Part shown: positions 29,816 through 39,874 of the stretch, piece by piece
Layout: each line of letters opens with the position of its first letter
Numbering within the stretch: the stretch's first letter is position 1
Source of the DNA: Clostridiaceae bacterium
GTDB lineage: Bacteria; Bacillota; Clostridia; DSM-8532
NCBI GenBank assembly: GCA_012719645.1
Contig: JAAXZX010000074.1
Location: forward strand, 7,050 to 71,049
Reading direction: 5' to 3'
Length of the DNA: 64,000 bases
Notes under the pieces: generated by a model
Databases searched by the model: none
What the model was told of the DNA's origin: nothing
What the model saw: only the letters and a program-made list of their open reading frames with translations
Translations under genes and position numbers: made by a program

Positions 29816-30988
29816 ATGACAATCGGAGAACAATCCCTGAAAAAGCACCTGGAATGGAACGGCAAGATCGAGGTGGTCTGCCGTGCCCCTGTAAACAACA
29901 AGGAGGATCTGACCCTTGCCTATACCCCGGGCGTAGCCGAGCCCTGCCTGGATATACAGAAAGACATTGACAAGTCTTATATCTATACCAGGCGCTGGAA
30001 TCTCGTCGCGGTGGTTACCGACGGCACCGCCGTGCTTGGCCTGGGCGATATCGGTCCCGAGGCGGCCATGCCGGTGATGGAAGGCAAATGCGTCCTGTTC
30101 AAGTCCTTCGGGAATGTGGACGCATTTCCGATATGCATCCGTTCCAAGGATGTGGATACCATCGTAAACACTGTCAAAATGATAGCCGGAAGCTTCGGCG
30201 GAATCAACCTTGAAGACATATCCGCTCCCCGCTGCTTTGAGATCGAGCGCAGGCTGAAGAAAGAATGCGATATACCCATCTTCCACGACGACCAGCATGG
30301 GACTGCCGTAGTCACGCTTGCGGCCATGATCAACGCGCTGAAGATCTGCAAAAAGGATATACGGGATATTGAAGTGGTGGTCAATGGCTCAGGTGCGGCG
30401 GGTATCGCCGTGACCAGGCTTCTGATGAGCATGGGCCTGAAGAAAGTCATCCTATGCGATACAAAGGGCGCCATTTACAAGGGACGCGAAGGCCTTAACC
30501 CGGAAAAGGAACTGATGGCCGAGATCTCCAACCTTGAGATGAAGAAGGGTTTCCTGCGGGATGTGGTCAGGGGCGCAGATGTGTTCATAGGCCTGTCCGG
30601 CCCAGGAATAATGGATGAGGAAATGGTAAGAAGCATGGCCAGGGATCCCATTATCTTCGCCATGGCCAACCCGGTTCCGGAAATCATGCCCGATCAGGCT
30701 TTGGCTGCAGGAGCCAGGGTCGTGGGAACAGGCCGTTCGGATTTCCCAAACCAGATCAATAATGTATTGGCCTTCCCGGGCATTTTCAGGGGAGCACTTG
30801 ACGTACGGGCAAGCGATATCAACGACGAGATGAAGATCGCGGCGGCAGAAGCTATCGCATCGTTGATCAGCGATGAGGAACTGGAGCCGGGCTATATACT
30901 GCCTGCACCCTTCGACAAGCGCGTTGGTCCTGCAGTCGCCGCCGCCGTAGCGGATGCCGCGAGGAAAACCGGCGTCGCAAGGATCTGA
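29816..30988 (+). CDS. NAD(P)-dependent malic enzyme
   Basis: AYTPGVAEPC, DGTAVLGLGDIG, GINLEDI, FHDDQHGTA, GSGAAG and NQINNVLAFPG motifs. Confidence 0.93.
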   Translation: MTIGEQSLKKHLEWNGKIEVVCRAPVNNKEDLTLAYTPGVAEPCLDIQKDIDKSYIYTRRWNLVAVVTDGTAVLGLGDIGPEAAMPVMEGKCVLFKSFGNVDAFPICIRSKDVDTIVNTVKMIAGSFGGINLEDISAPRCFEIERRLKKECDIPIFHDDQHGTAVVTLAAMINALKICKKDIRDIEVVVNGSGAAGIAVTRLLMSMGLKKVILCDTKGAIYKGREGLNPEKELMAEISNLEMKKGFLRDVVRGADVFIGLSGPGIMDEEMVRSMARDPIIFAMANPVPEIMPDQALAAGARVVGTGRSDFPNQINNVLAFPGIFRGALDVRASDINDEMKIAAAEAIASLISDEELEPGYILPAPFDKRVGPAVAAAVADAARKTGVARI

Positions 30989-31076
30989 GCGCACGGGCTC
31001 CATGTGACAATAAATACTATTCCCCCTGCTTTCCGCGTATAGATAAACCAGGACGCGGGCAAGGCAGGGGATTTTC

Positions 31077-31670
31077 ATGCATGGGAACAGTTCAGTCGTT
31101 GAACATGATATAACCGATACTGTAGACCTCCGGTTCGGGTCCGAAGGATATGAAATCTTCAGGGTCAGGGCGGCAGTAAGCTATGTGGGATGCGAAAAGG
31201 CTGGGGACAAATACTTCCTGGTGTACGGCGAATACATCCTGTTCCTTATACTGAAGGGCGTTGACAGAAATCATGATTACAGCATAAAGGCCATCCGCTG
31301 CCCCTTTATTAAGAGCGTACCCGCAAGCGGGAAGCTGTCAGCCTTTATAAACAGCCCCAGGCTCCAGGTTTCCCTTTCCGGGAACCCCGAGTGCGCCGTT
31401 GAGGATATGAAACCTGTCAATAAAAACGCGGTATATCGTATCACTCTGACCTGCCGCATTGAGTTCAGGGAACCGGGGAAAAACAGGAATGACGCCATTC
31501 CAGAAAAGCCCGCGGTTATGGAGAGTACCGGCACGGATTCACCCGACAGCGGTACTGTGAGGGTTTGGAGGGTGGACAGTTCAAAAAAACATACCATAGA
31601 ACAGCTTTTGAGCATGGACAGGGATGCCCTGGAACAACTGGGAAAAAGCCATGACCAGGAGCATGACTGA
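31077..31670 (+). CDS. Hypothetical protein (possibly spore-coat associated, beta-rich)
   Basis: 197-aa ORF filling the gap, with a plausible RBS; no recognised motif; convergent with a SPOCS-domain gene. Confidence 0.5.
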   Translation: MHGNSSVVEHDITDTVDLRFGSEGYEIFRVRAAVSYVGCEKAGDKYFLVYGEYILFLILKGVDRNHDYSIKAIRCPFIKSVPASGKLSAFINSPRLQVSLSGNPECAVEDMKPVNKNAVYRITLTCRIEFREPGKNRNDAIPEKPAVMESTGTDSPDSGTVRVWRVDSSKKHTIEQLLSMDRDALEQLGKSHDQEHD

Positions 31671-31709
31671 AAAAGAGGGCTGCTCTGCAGCCCTCAGCCC
31701 CCATATTCA

Positions 31710-32333
31710 TTACCAGCGGCTTTTAAATGGAAAAGCGCCGTCCTTCACACAGAACTTGTCGTCCTTGTCCTTATCTTTGTCCTTGCATTTGTCGAAGTCC
31801 TTTTCCTTGAACTTATCGAAGTCCTTGCACTTGTCATCCTTAAAGTCGTCCACCATGACATGCTGCACCCTTACGACCTTGAAGGTCACACGTACAACTG
31901 ACTTCTCGAGGAGTTTTTCAAAGACAGGAACTCCGCAGACAATGGTCTTGCACTGCAGGTCGTCAATCTCGCCTTCCACGAAGGCCTCGATCAGTTCGGG
32001 AGTGTCTCCCGGGCAGACCTTTTCGCCTTCGGCGGGGCAGATCGGGACAAAACCGCCGAACGGGATCTTGGTGGTTAAGTGGAACAGAGGCCCGTTGACC
32101 GAATCGTCATGTACATGCTCCACGGTTTTGTAGTTAATGTCTTTCCACAGGTAGGCGTTGAAGATAACCTTTCCGGGAATGACCTTAACATCATACACCT
32201 CAACCCACTTCTTGATCTCCTTGATCTCAAAAATCGGCGGGCTCGGAGGAGAAACCTTTATCTCTTTCTCGATAAAGAACTGCTCACTGCCGACGCCTAC
32301 GACAACAGGCACTTGAAGCTCTTTCTTGCCCAT
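31710..32333 (-). CDS. DUF3794/SPOCS (CsxC-like) spore coat protein with an Asp/Lys/Cys repeat tail
   Basis: VIPGKVIFNAYLWKDINYKT...HLTTKIPFGGFV pattern; RBS AAGGAGA; low-complexity tail KDFDKFKEKDFDKCKDKDKDKDDK. Confidence 0.65.
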   Translation of the reverse strand: MGKKELQVPVVVGVGSEQFFIEKEIKVSPPSPPIFEIKEIKKWVEVYDVKVIPGKVIFNAYLWKDINYKTVEHVHDDSVNGPLFHLTTKIPFGGFVPICPAEGEKVCPGDTPELIEAFVEGEIDDLQCKTIVCGVPVFEKLLEKSVVRVTFKVVRVQHVMVDDFKDDKCKDFDKFKEKDFDKCKDKDKDKDDKFCVKDGAFPFKSRW

Positions 32334-32609
32334 TCTTTCATCTCCTTCCTTCTGATGGTTGTTGCGGCTTGCCGGTCAGTCGAACAAGCCCACTACATAC
32401 TATTCGGGCCCGTCCACTTTTGTTACGGGGTGAAAAACCGCTTATGATCACGCATGCATGTTTTCTCCGCATCTGATCGGCAACAGGATTCAAACAAAAC
32501 CGACAGGGAGATGATTGGTTCCTTATATGAAAGCCATGCCTTAGGCCTATGGCAAATTTAGGATTAATGCTATAATATGAATCAGATATCCGCATATGGA
32601 GGGTATGTC

Positions 32610-34157
32610 ATGAAACAATGCCTTTTTGCAAAGAAGACTCTTCTTTGGGCACTGATTTTTTCGATGGCTCTTATCATCCTGCCCGGGTGCGGCGAGACCC
32701 CGCCTGAATTTCTTTTTGCAACACCACCGTCCGGGATAAGCCCAACGCCTTCGGCAACGCCTGAAGCCACTCCCGAGGCAACACCTGAACCAGCCACCCC
32801 CACTCCTGACTCCGGTCCTACCTTCGTGGACCTGAACGGGAAACTGAGGGTTGAAGGTTCACAACTGGTGAACGAGGCAGGCCAGCCGATTCAGCTGAAA
32901 GGAGTAAGCTCTTCCGAGGTCGCATCCTTCGGCTACCTGGTTACATACGAAATGCTCAAAAGCATGAGGGATGACTGGAACCTGAATGTATTCAGGATAG
33001 CCATGTATACCGAGGATGCCACCGGGTATGTCAGGAATCCCGGGGTGATGGAAACCGTTACCCGGATCGTCGACCTCTGTATAGACCTTGGAATTTATGT
33101 CATAGTGGACTGGCATATACTCTATGACAATACCCCGTTAAAATACAAGGACCATGCCGTTGAGTTCTTCTCTGAAATATCAGCCCTTTACGGGGATTAC
33201 CCAAATATTATCTACGAAATCTGCAATGAGCCCAATGGCAGGGACACTACCTGGGAAGGCCATATTAAGCCTTACGCTGATGAGGTCATACCCGCAATCA
33301 GGAAGAACGATCCCGACAACATCATCATTGTGGGTACGCCAACATGGAGCCAGGATGTGGATATAGCGGCGGACGACCCGCTGCCATATGACAACGTCAT
33401 GTATGCCTTTCACTTCTATGCGGGATCCCACGGCCAGGCTCTAAGGGACAAGTTTGACTACGCCCTGTCAAAGGGACTTCCCATATTTGTCAGCGAATGG
33501 GGAAGCTGCCTTAATACCGGCGACGGGCCCACATTCCATGAAGAATCCATGGAATGGATCAAATTCATGGATGAGCGCATGATAAGCTATGTGAACTGGG
33601 CATTCAGCGTTAAGCTGGAAGGCGCCTCCATCCTGCGCCAGAAGGTTAACGCAAACGCCCCGTTGAGAGATATAGACCTGACAGAAGGCGGCCTGTTCGC
33701 AAAGTATGCCATAAAGAGCACAAAGGAAACGGTCCTGTTTGCCGACGGCTTTGAAACGAAAACCTTCAATCATGGCAAATGGAAAAGGACCAACAATAGC
33801 ACTACATATGAAACCGAAAAACCCTACAAGGGGGACTATGCCGCGTCCATAGGCAAGGATGGCTTCCTTGAGCGGCCTGTAACCACAGTACCCTATGAAA
33901 ACCTGAAGCTGCATCTCGCCTATGCCATTGACGGCGGAAAACCCGGTGACGTCGTTAAGATCGACTGGTTCAACGGTACGGAATACGTACCTGTCGTTGA
34001 CCTGCCCTTTGCTGACGGCTGGACCGAACTGGACGTGGAACTGCCCGACAGCGCCTCAGGCGTACGGGAATTCTCTGTCAGGCTCACGGCAGCAGTGGCC
34101 GGCGAGGGAACCAGGGTTTTAATAGATGAGATTTGGCTGGCCGCGGAGAAAAGATAA
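32610..34157 (+). CDS. GH5 endoglucanase lipoprotein with a Pro/Thr linker and a C-terminal CBM-like domain
   Basis: Lipobox LPGC; ATPE repeats; VIVDWH, YEICNEP (acid/base), FHFYA and IFVSEWG (nucleophile). Confidence 0.9.
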   Translation: MKQCLFAKKTLLWALIFSMALIILPGCGETPPEFLFATPPSGISPTPSATPEATPEATPEPATPTPDSGPTFVDLNGKLRVEGSQLVNEAGQPIQLKGVSSSEVASFGYLVTYEMLKSMRDDWNLNVFRIAMYTEDATGYVRNPGVMETVTRIVDLCIDLGIYVIVDWHILYDNTPLKYKDHAVEFFSEISALYGDYPNIIYEICNEPNGRDTTWEGHIKPYADEVIPAIRKNDPDNIIIVGTPTWSQDVDIAADDPLPYDNVMYAFHFYAGSHGQALRDKFDYALSKGLPIFVSEWGSCLNTGDGPTFHEESMEWIKFMDERMISYVNWAFSVKLEGASILRQKVNANAPLRDIDLTEGGLFAKYAIKSTKETVLFADGFETKTFNHGKWKRTNNSTTYETEKPYKGDYAASIGKDGFLERPVTTVPYENLKLHLAYAIDGGKPGDVVKIDWFNGTEYVPVVDLPFADGWTELDVELPDSASGVREFSVRLTAAVAGEGTRVLIDEIWLAAEKR

Positions 34158-34210
34158 TAAGTCGGCATTGTAACTTACAACTATTAAAGTATAACAGGAG
34201 GATGCGGATC

Positions 34211-35140
34211 ATGGCAGGCACCATCAGAAAAGCGCATATATCCGGCCTGGGAGCTATAGGCAGTGTTTTTGCGTCAATTCTCTGGGAGCATGACAGGGAA
34301 TCGGTAAAGGTGATAGTGGACGCCGAAAGAGCGCGCCGGTACCAGGCCCAGGGCGTTACCGTAAACGGCAGAAGGTACGATTTCGATTATGTAATATCCC
34401 AGCCCCAGGCGGAACCCGCGGAGTTGATCCTGATCGCGGTCAAAGGCCATCAGCTTGGTGAATCCATTGAAGCCATCAGGCCTTTTGTGGGTGAGGATAC
34501 CATTATAATATCGCTCCTCAACGGCATCAGCAGCGAGGACATCCTGGCAGCTGAATTCGGGGATTCCCATATCCTCCACGCCTTCGTGGTCGGCACCGAT
34601 GCCACCCGGGACGGGCTGAACACAAGGTATGGCAACAGGGGAAAGATAGTCTTCGGTCATAAAAGCCAGCCCGATTCACCCGATGTAAAGGCAGTCAAAG
34701 ACTTTTTCGACCGGACCGGTGTTCCCTGCTCAATTCCATCCGACATCCGCAGGGAGCAGTGGTGGAAGTTTCTTATGAATGTGGGCGTCAACCAGACCTC
34801 CGCCGTCCTGAGAGCACCCTACAGCGTCTTCCAGAACATAAAGGAAGCCAGGGACCTCATGATGAGCGCCGCCATGGAAGTCATACCAATCGCGCAAAAG
34901 GAAGGGGTCAACCTTAAGGAGGAAGACATCGGGAATTTCATGGACATTATGTACACGATGACTCCCGATGGAAAGACATCAATGCTCCAGGATGTTGATG
35001 CCGGAAGAAAAACCGAAGTTGAATTGTTTGCACTGACGGTAATGGAGCTTGGCAGGAAGCATGGCATCCCAACACCGATCAACGAGGTATTGTACAGGAT
35101 GATCCGCGTCATTGAGCAATCCTATCCTACCCGATCCTGA
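34211..35140 (+). CDS. panE: 2-dehydropantoate 2-reductase (ketopantoate reductase family)
   Basis: GLGAIG, AVKG, SLLNG, WWKFLMN and SMLQDV..GRKTE motifs. Confidence 0.85.
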   Translation: MAGTIRKAHISGLGAIGSVFASILWEHDRESVKVIVDAERARRYQAQGVTVNGRRYDFDYVISQPQAEPAELILIAVKGHQLGESIEAIRPFVGEDTIIISLLNGISSEDILAAEFGDSHILHAFVVGTDATRDGLNTRYGNRGKIVFGHKSQPDSPDVKAVKDFFDRTGVPCSIPSDIRREQWWKFLMNVGVNQTSAVLRAPYSVFQNIKEARDLMMSAAMEVIPIAQKEGVNLKEEDIGNFMDIMYTMTPDGKTSMLQDVDAGRKTEVELFALTVMELGRKHGIPTPINEVLYRMIRVIEQSYPTRS

Positions 35141-37484
35141 CCTCGGTTTCGGATCCATCCAGTTCAAAACGCCAGGCATGGTCCTCATATACGCAGTCTT
35201 CCGACGGAAGATCGCCATCCAGCCCATATACGGTCGCGAAAGCTTTCTTAAAGCCCTTCGCATAGCCTTTCTTCAGGTTTTTCAGCGTGAACCTGAAGGC
35301 CCTGGGCGAGGGAGAGTACTGTGCAAAACGGCGGAGATTGAAAGCTCCGTATTGATAATCCATGGACAGGCCGTCATCTTCATAAAGGGTGAAGCTGCCT
35401 TCCGGCCCGGCATAGATTTCTATCCACAGCGTGCTCAAGTCCATGGACTGGGTGCTGCAGGCGCTCCGTGCCATCGGGATGATCGCGCCTTCGCGGACAT
35501 AGAGAGGTATCCTGTCCAAAGGGGCATCGGCAATTATATACCTGCCGCCTTCCAGCCTTTCCTTGGTGTGGAAATCATACCAGCCTCCCTGGGGCAGGTA
35601 AACCATGCGTTTCCTGTCACCGGGATGCGTAACGGGAGCCGCCATGATGTCCCTTCCAAACATGAACTGATCGTTTATGCCATATACATTCCTGTCATCC
35701 TGGAAATCAAGGATCAGGGGTCTCATGACAGGAAGCCCGGTTTCGCAGGCCTGCCTGAACTCGCTGTACAGGTAGGGCAGAAGCTCATACCTCAGCCTTA
35801 TTGCCTTTTGAGCTATTCTCTCCACCTCGGGGCCGAAGGACCACGGTTCGTGGTCCCGGGTTCCCTTCTCGGAATGGGCTCTGAAGAAAGGCGTGAAGGC
35901 TCCCAATTGGATCCAGCGTGCGTAGAGTTCCGGGCTGCAATTTCCCTGGAAACCTCCCACATCCGCTCCCACGAAGGGAATTCCGGACAAACCGATATTC
36001 AGATGCATGGGTATGGAAGCCGCCAGGTGCTCCCACCAGCTGTGGTTGTCTCCTGTCCATACCGCGGCATAGCGTTGTATGCCCGCATAAGCCGACCTTG
36101 TGACCATGAACGGACGTTCTTTGGGTTTCAGTGCCCTGAAGCCCTCATATGCAGCCCTGCACATGAGGAGTCCGTAGGCATTGTGGCACCTGGAGAAGGG
36201 CTGGGGTTTCCCGTCAAAATCCATCATGAGATCATCGGGCACGGTCATTTGAATACGGTTCTCCAATCCCGTCCCCGATGTAAAATCGCTGGGCTCGTTC
36301 ATGTCGTTCCATATCCCTGAAACGCCTGCATCAAACAGGCTTGCGTGTTTAAGGCCCCACCACTTTCGCGTCCTGTCCCTGGAGAAATCGGGAAACGCCG
36401 CCGTGCCCGGCCACACCTTCCCATGGTAGACCTCTCCGGTGGGAAGTTTGCAGAAATGCCCCTCCCGGGCGCCCTCCATATATACGGTATAATCCGAATC
36501 CTTCCTGATAGCGGGATCAACTATGGTAACGATCCTGAACCCCTGCTCCCTGAGCTGTGATGTCATCCCTTTGGGGTCCGGGAACCGGTTGGAATCCCAG
36601 GTGAATATGCGGAATCCATCCATATAGTCTATATCCAGGTAGATCGCATCACAGGGTATCTGCCTGGTCCTGAAGGTTTCGGCAAGTTCCAGGACCTTCT
36701 CCTGGGGATAATAGCTCCAGCGTGACTGCTGGAAGCCAAGGCTCCATATGGGCGGCATCTCCATGCGTCCTGTCAGCATGGTGTACTGCCGTATAACCTG
36801 GGAAATGGACTGGCCATCTATGATATACAGGTCCAACTGGGAATCGTAAACCGTGACAGACAGCCTTTCCCTGTCCTCATATCCAAGATCAAACTCCGAG
36901 CGGGCCGTGGAATCGACAAAAAGACCATATGCCCTTTTCCCGTCAAAGCCGATCATAAAGGGAATGCTCTTGTAAAGCGGATCCTTGTCCGGCGTGTGCA
37001 GGGGATCATCGGTATTCCACATGATGTAGCGGCGTCCCCTTTTATCAAGAAAGCCTGTTTTCTCACCAAGTCCAAAGAACATTTCGGCCTCGCTGATCCT
37101 GCCTGAAACCGACAATGCCTTCCCGACTCTATAGAAGGCCTCGTCCATGTCCAGTATTGGATAGCTGTCATGGCCGGTTACGGAAATGAAAGACTTATCC
37201 CTTCTAAAGCTGACGGTTAACGGACCGCTCTTCACCGAAACGACGCCTTTCTGATCGGACAGCTTCAGACGGCTGTCGGGCTTTGCGATCACCGCAAGGG
37301 ATTCCGTATCGGTAAACTCCCCGGCTGTCAGGGTCATCCGCAGGATCCCTTCCCCGAAGGATTCCATCCTTGCACTTCCCCGTTCGAAGCTGATAAAAGC
37401 CCGGCCATTATCCATGCGATAGCCGGCAATCTTTCCGGCCGATATTTTTCTTGGTTCTTCCACCGTTTCCCAACTGTTGATCAT
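35127..37484 (-). CDS. GH31 alpha-glucosidase/alpha-xylosidase family
   Basis: GLGEK, YLDIDYM, GIWNDMNEP (nucleophile), WTGDN (acid/base), GADVGGF and FFRAH motifs. Confidence 0.93.
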   Translation of the reverse strand: MINSWETVEEPRKISAGKIAGYRMDNGRAFISFERGSARMESFGEGILRMTLTAGEFTDTESLAVIAKPDSRLKLSDQKGVVSVKSGPLTVSFRRDKSFISVTGHDSYPILDMDEAFYRVGKALSVSGRISEAEMFFGLGEKTGFLDKRGRRYIMWNTDDPLHTPDKDPLYKSIPFMIGFDGKRAYGLFVDSTARSEFDLGYEDRERLSVTVYDSQLDLYIIDGQSISQVIRQYTMLTGRMEMPPIWSLGFQQSRWSYYPQEKVLELAETFRTRQIPCDAIYLDIDYMDGFRIFTWDSNRFPDPKGMTSQLREQGFRIVTIVDPAIRKDSDYTVYMEGAREGHFCKLPTGEVYHGKVWPGTAAFPDFSRDRTRKWWGLKHASLFDAGVSGIWNDMNEPSDFTSGTGLENRIQMTVPDDLMMDFDGKPQPFSRCHNAYGLLMCRAAYEGFRALKPKERPFMVTRSAYAGIQRYAAVWTGDNHSWWEHLAASIPMHLNIGLSGIPFVGADVGGFQGNCSPELYARWIQLGAFTPFFRAHSEKGTRDHEPWSFGPEVERIAQKAIRLRYELLPYLYSEFRQACETGLPVMRPLILDFQDDRNVYGINDQFMFGRDIMAAPVTHPGDRKRMVYLPQGGWYDFHTKERLEGGRYIIADAPLDRIPLYVREGAIIPMARSACSTQSMDLSTLWIEIYAGPEGSFTLYEDDGLSMDYQYGAFNLRRFAQYSPSPRAFRFTLKNLKKGYAKGFKKAFATVYGLDGDLPSEDCVYEDHAWRFELDGSETEVRIG

Positions 37485-37505
37485 TCTTAAACTCCCTGTT
37501 TTCTC

Positions 37506-38291
37506 CTATACGATTCTTACCAACCTTTTGTTCTTATGCAGATGTATATTATTCAAAAAGCTATAAACAATCTCATTTATCAGGTCAGGCTCGGCCAGCG
37601 GCAGGCTGTGGCCGGCGCCCGAAACCAGGTAACCGGTGCAGTTCCGGTTGGCCCGGACCATATCCTGTGCCGAAGCCCGCATCCTCCTTAATTCTTTCGC
37701 GCCTGCCAGTATAAGCGCCCGGATGTTTGAGGCGGAAAACGACTCGGGCAGGATATAGCCCATATTGGCCTCCATCATGCGCATGAAATTGTCCCGTGTC
37801 AGTTTCAGAGAGTCCTGGTAATACTGCTCCCGGTATTCCCCCGGGATATGCATGCTCCTGGCCTGCCATTCAGAGAACCACCTGGCACGGGCAAGCCCGA
37901 AAGTCCATTTAAGCAGGGAAAGAAGGAAATATTTCCCTGAGTTCACAGGCCGGACCATGGCGCTGATGATAACGGCAGACTCCACCTTTTCGGGCCATCT
38001 GCCCATAATCTCCACAGCAACCTGGGCGCCCAGAGAAAACCCCACCAGGTTTACCCTTTCATTTTCCACCGCGCCTTCTACCGCCTCCAGGACCTTTGAA
38101 GCCGCATCGCTTATGGATATAAACGGGATTTCTGCGCTTCTACCATGGCCGGGGAGATCGGGTATGATAACATGGTAATCCTTGAAGAACTCAGCCTGCC
38201 TGTTCCACATCCAGCCGGCAACGCCGCCGCCGTGCAGGAACACCAGCGGCGGGCCCAGGAATTCGCCCGTACGCCTTACAAAAAGGTCCAT
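37506..38291 (-). CDS. Alpha/beta hydrolase
   Basis: HGGG oxyanion hole, DLPGHG, GFSLG nucleophile elbow and GAGH motifs. Confidence 0.88.
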   Translation of the reverse strand: MDLFVRRTGEFLGPPLVFLHGGGVAGWMWNRQAEFFKDYHVIIPDLPGHGRSAEIPFISISDAASKVLEAVEGAVENERVNLVGFSLGAQVAVEIMGRWPEKVESAVIISAMVRPVNSGKYFLLSLLKWTFGLARARWFSEWQARSMHIPGEYREQYYQDSLKLTRDNFMRMMEANMGYILPESFSASNIRALILAGAKELRRMRASAQDMVRANRNCTGYLVSGAGHSLPLAEPDLINEIVYSFLNNIHLHKNKRLVRIV

Positions 38292-38459
38292 GTCCGCTCC
38301 TTTCGAGAATCAGGAAACATTCCCCCGAAACGGCTATATAAGCCGACAGTTCCCGGTTTCTACAATACTAATATAGCAAATACCCGGTATAAGTAAAACA
38401 GAAAAAACCGGCGGTTCCTGATGCAGGCTGGGCCCTGACCGGATCCATATAGCAAATTA

Positions 38460-38482
38460 AAAAAGCCAGCCCGTCAGGGCTG
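38460..38482 (-). terminator. Probable terminator after the GT4 gene
   Basis: cagccc-gtca-gggctg hairpin followed by a T-run on the minus strand. Confidence 0.55.
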
Positions 38483-38503
38483 ACCCTTCAGCATACGGCC
38501 CAA

Positions 38504-39673
38504 TCATGCCCGGATCCTTTTGTATGCGTTCACTATTTCCCTGTACCTTCCATAAACCTCATCCACAATTTTCTCCCAGTTCCTGTACAATGTTTCATGG
38601 GCCTTATCCCCGATCTTTGAAAGGTCATACATGAGGACGCCATCGTATATTTTCCTTGCTATGGCCTCCGGGCTGTTCTCGCACAACAGGCCATTCACTC
38701 CGTCTATGACGCCCTCCGCGGTGTTGGAACCCTTCACGAGGAGCGGCGGGCATTTCTGGGATGCCGCTTCCTGCACAACAATGGAAGCGTTATCATAAAC
38801 CGATGGGAACAGCAAAAGGTCTGCCCTGCAAAACAGGGATCTCAGGTACTCCCTGTCATAAACCGTCCCGAGGAAGATGACACAGTCAGTAAGGTACAGG
38901 TCATTCACCATTTTCTTCAGATCTTCCCCGGCATAACCCATTCCCGCGATAAGCATCCTGTAGTCCAGACCCATATCCCTGAGAAGGGCAAGGGCATTGA
39001 TAAGCGTCTTCAGGTTTTTCTGCCAGACAAGCTGCCCGACATACAGGAATACCAGTTCATCCTGCTTCAGGTTAAGCCTTGCGTTGACCTTTTGTCCTTC
39101 GGCCTTCCTGTCCCTGGCGGGTTCAAATTCCGTTCCGTTATTGACAATCTCAATGTGGCCCTTGTAGCCATACTCCCTCAAGGTCCCCGCGGTCGCGTTA
39201 TTGACCGTCCAGACAAAGTCCGCCTGGTTATAGAAGTCAACGATCACAGATACCCCGATCCTCGCGGCTCCCTCAAACTTCAGGGATTCCAGCAGGTCAT
39301 CGTAATACTTGGAATGGAAGGAAGCAATAATTGGTATCCCTCGCCTGTGGGCGATGTTCATTGCTATCCTGCCGGCACTGAAAGGAGAATGGGCATGAAC
39401 GATATCGAAAGGTATGTTCCTGATCCGGCGCATGAACTGGATATCAAAGGACGGCACACCCGTACGGTACGGAGGTCTTGTGGGCACACTGAACGAGTGG
39501 TACCTGAGGACCTCGAACTCCTCTTTATCCTTATAGTTTGGAAAATGGGGCGTTATAACATAACTGATACCGTGTTTCCTGTTCAGCCAGTAAGCATAGT
39601 TCCTGACCACGTTGGTCACCCCGTCCATGATGGGGGTGAACGCTTCGTTGAACTGGCCGGTTATCAGACCCAT
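38504..39673 (-). CDS. GT4 glycosyltransferase (diacylglycerol glucosyltransferase-like)
   Basis: DGV, DIVHAHSPF, VGQLVWQKN and FPSVYDNASIVVQEAA motifs. Confidence 0.88.
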   Translation of the reverse strand: MGLITGQFNEAFTPIMDGVTNVVRNYAYWLNRKHGISYVITPHFPNYKDKEEFEVLRYHSFSVPTRPPYRTGVPSFDIQFMRRIRNIPFDIVHAHSPFSAGRIAMNIAHRRGIPIIASFHSKYYDDLLESLKFEGAARIGVSVIVDFYNQADFVWTVNNATAGTLREYGYKGHIEIVNNGTEFEPARDRKAEGQKVNARLNLKQDELVFLYVGQLVWQKNLKTLINALALLRDMGLDYRMLIAGMGYAGEDLKKMVNDLYLTDCVIFLGTVYDREYLRSLFCRADLLLFPSVYDNASIVVQEAASQKCPPLLVKGSNTAEGVIDGVNGLLCENSPEAIARKIYDGVLMYDLSKIGDKAHETLYRNWEKIVDEVYGRYREIVNAYKRIRA

Positions 39674-39874
39674 GCATATACCTCCATTATTGTCTTCATA
39701 ACCTGATACCTTTGCATTTTGCCCGATGAAGCCATGACCATGCAGCCCGACCAATTTCTGCTAATTCCCGGTAAAGACTATTATATACTCATGTCCGGAG
39801 TGTCTTCAAGCTTGCACGCTATTTTTAATGATGTTCTAATCCAATTCTTACCCTGTCAGCACCCCTGTCCTGGC

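Noticed and set aside
32380-32435. Sporulation-sigma promoters before the SPOCS gene (GAATAGTAT), yhfW and the hydrogenase
   Set aside because: Only partial matches to degenerate consensuses; not supportable by eye.
32700-32820. Short tandem repeats (ATPE units) and similar Pro/Thr tracts at about 21940-22000 and 41990-42120
   Set aside because: Ordinary flexible linkers of lipoproteins.
35127-35140. 14-bp convergent overlaps (panE/GH31; also yjbQ/aminotransferase at 57364-57377)
   Set aside because: Short 3' overlaps are common in compact genomes.
35112-36320. 402-aa plus-strand ORF
   Set aside because: Lies entirely antisense to the well-supported GH31, has no motifs and no RBS; a codon-bias shadow ORF.
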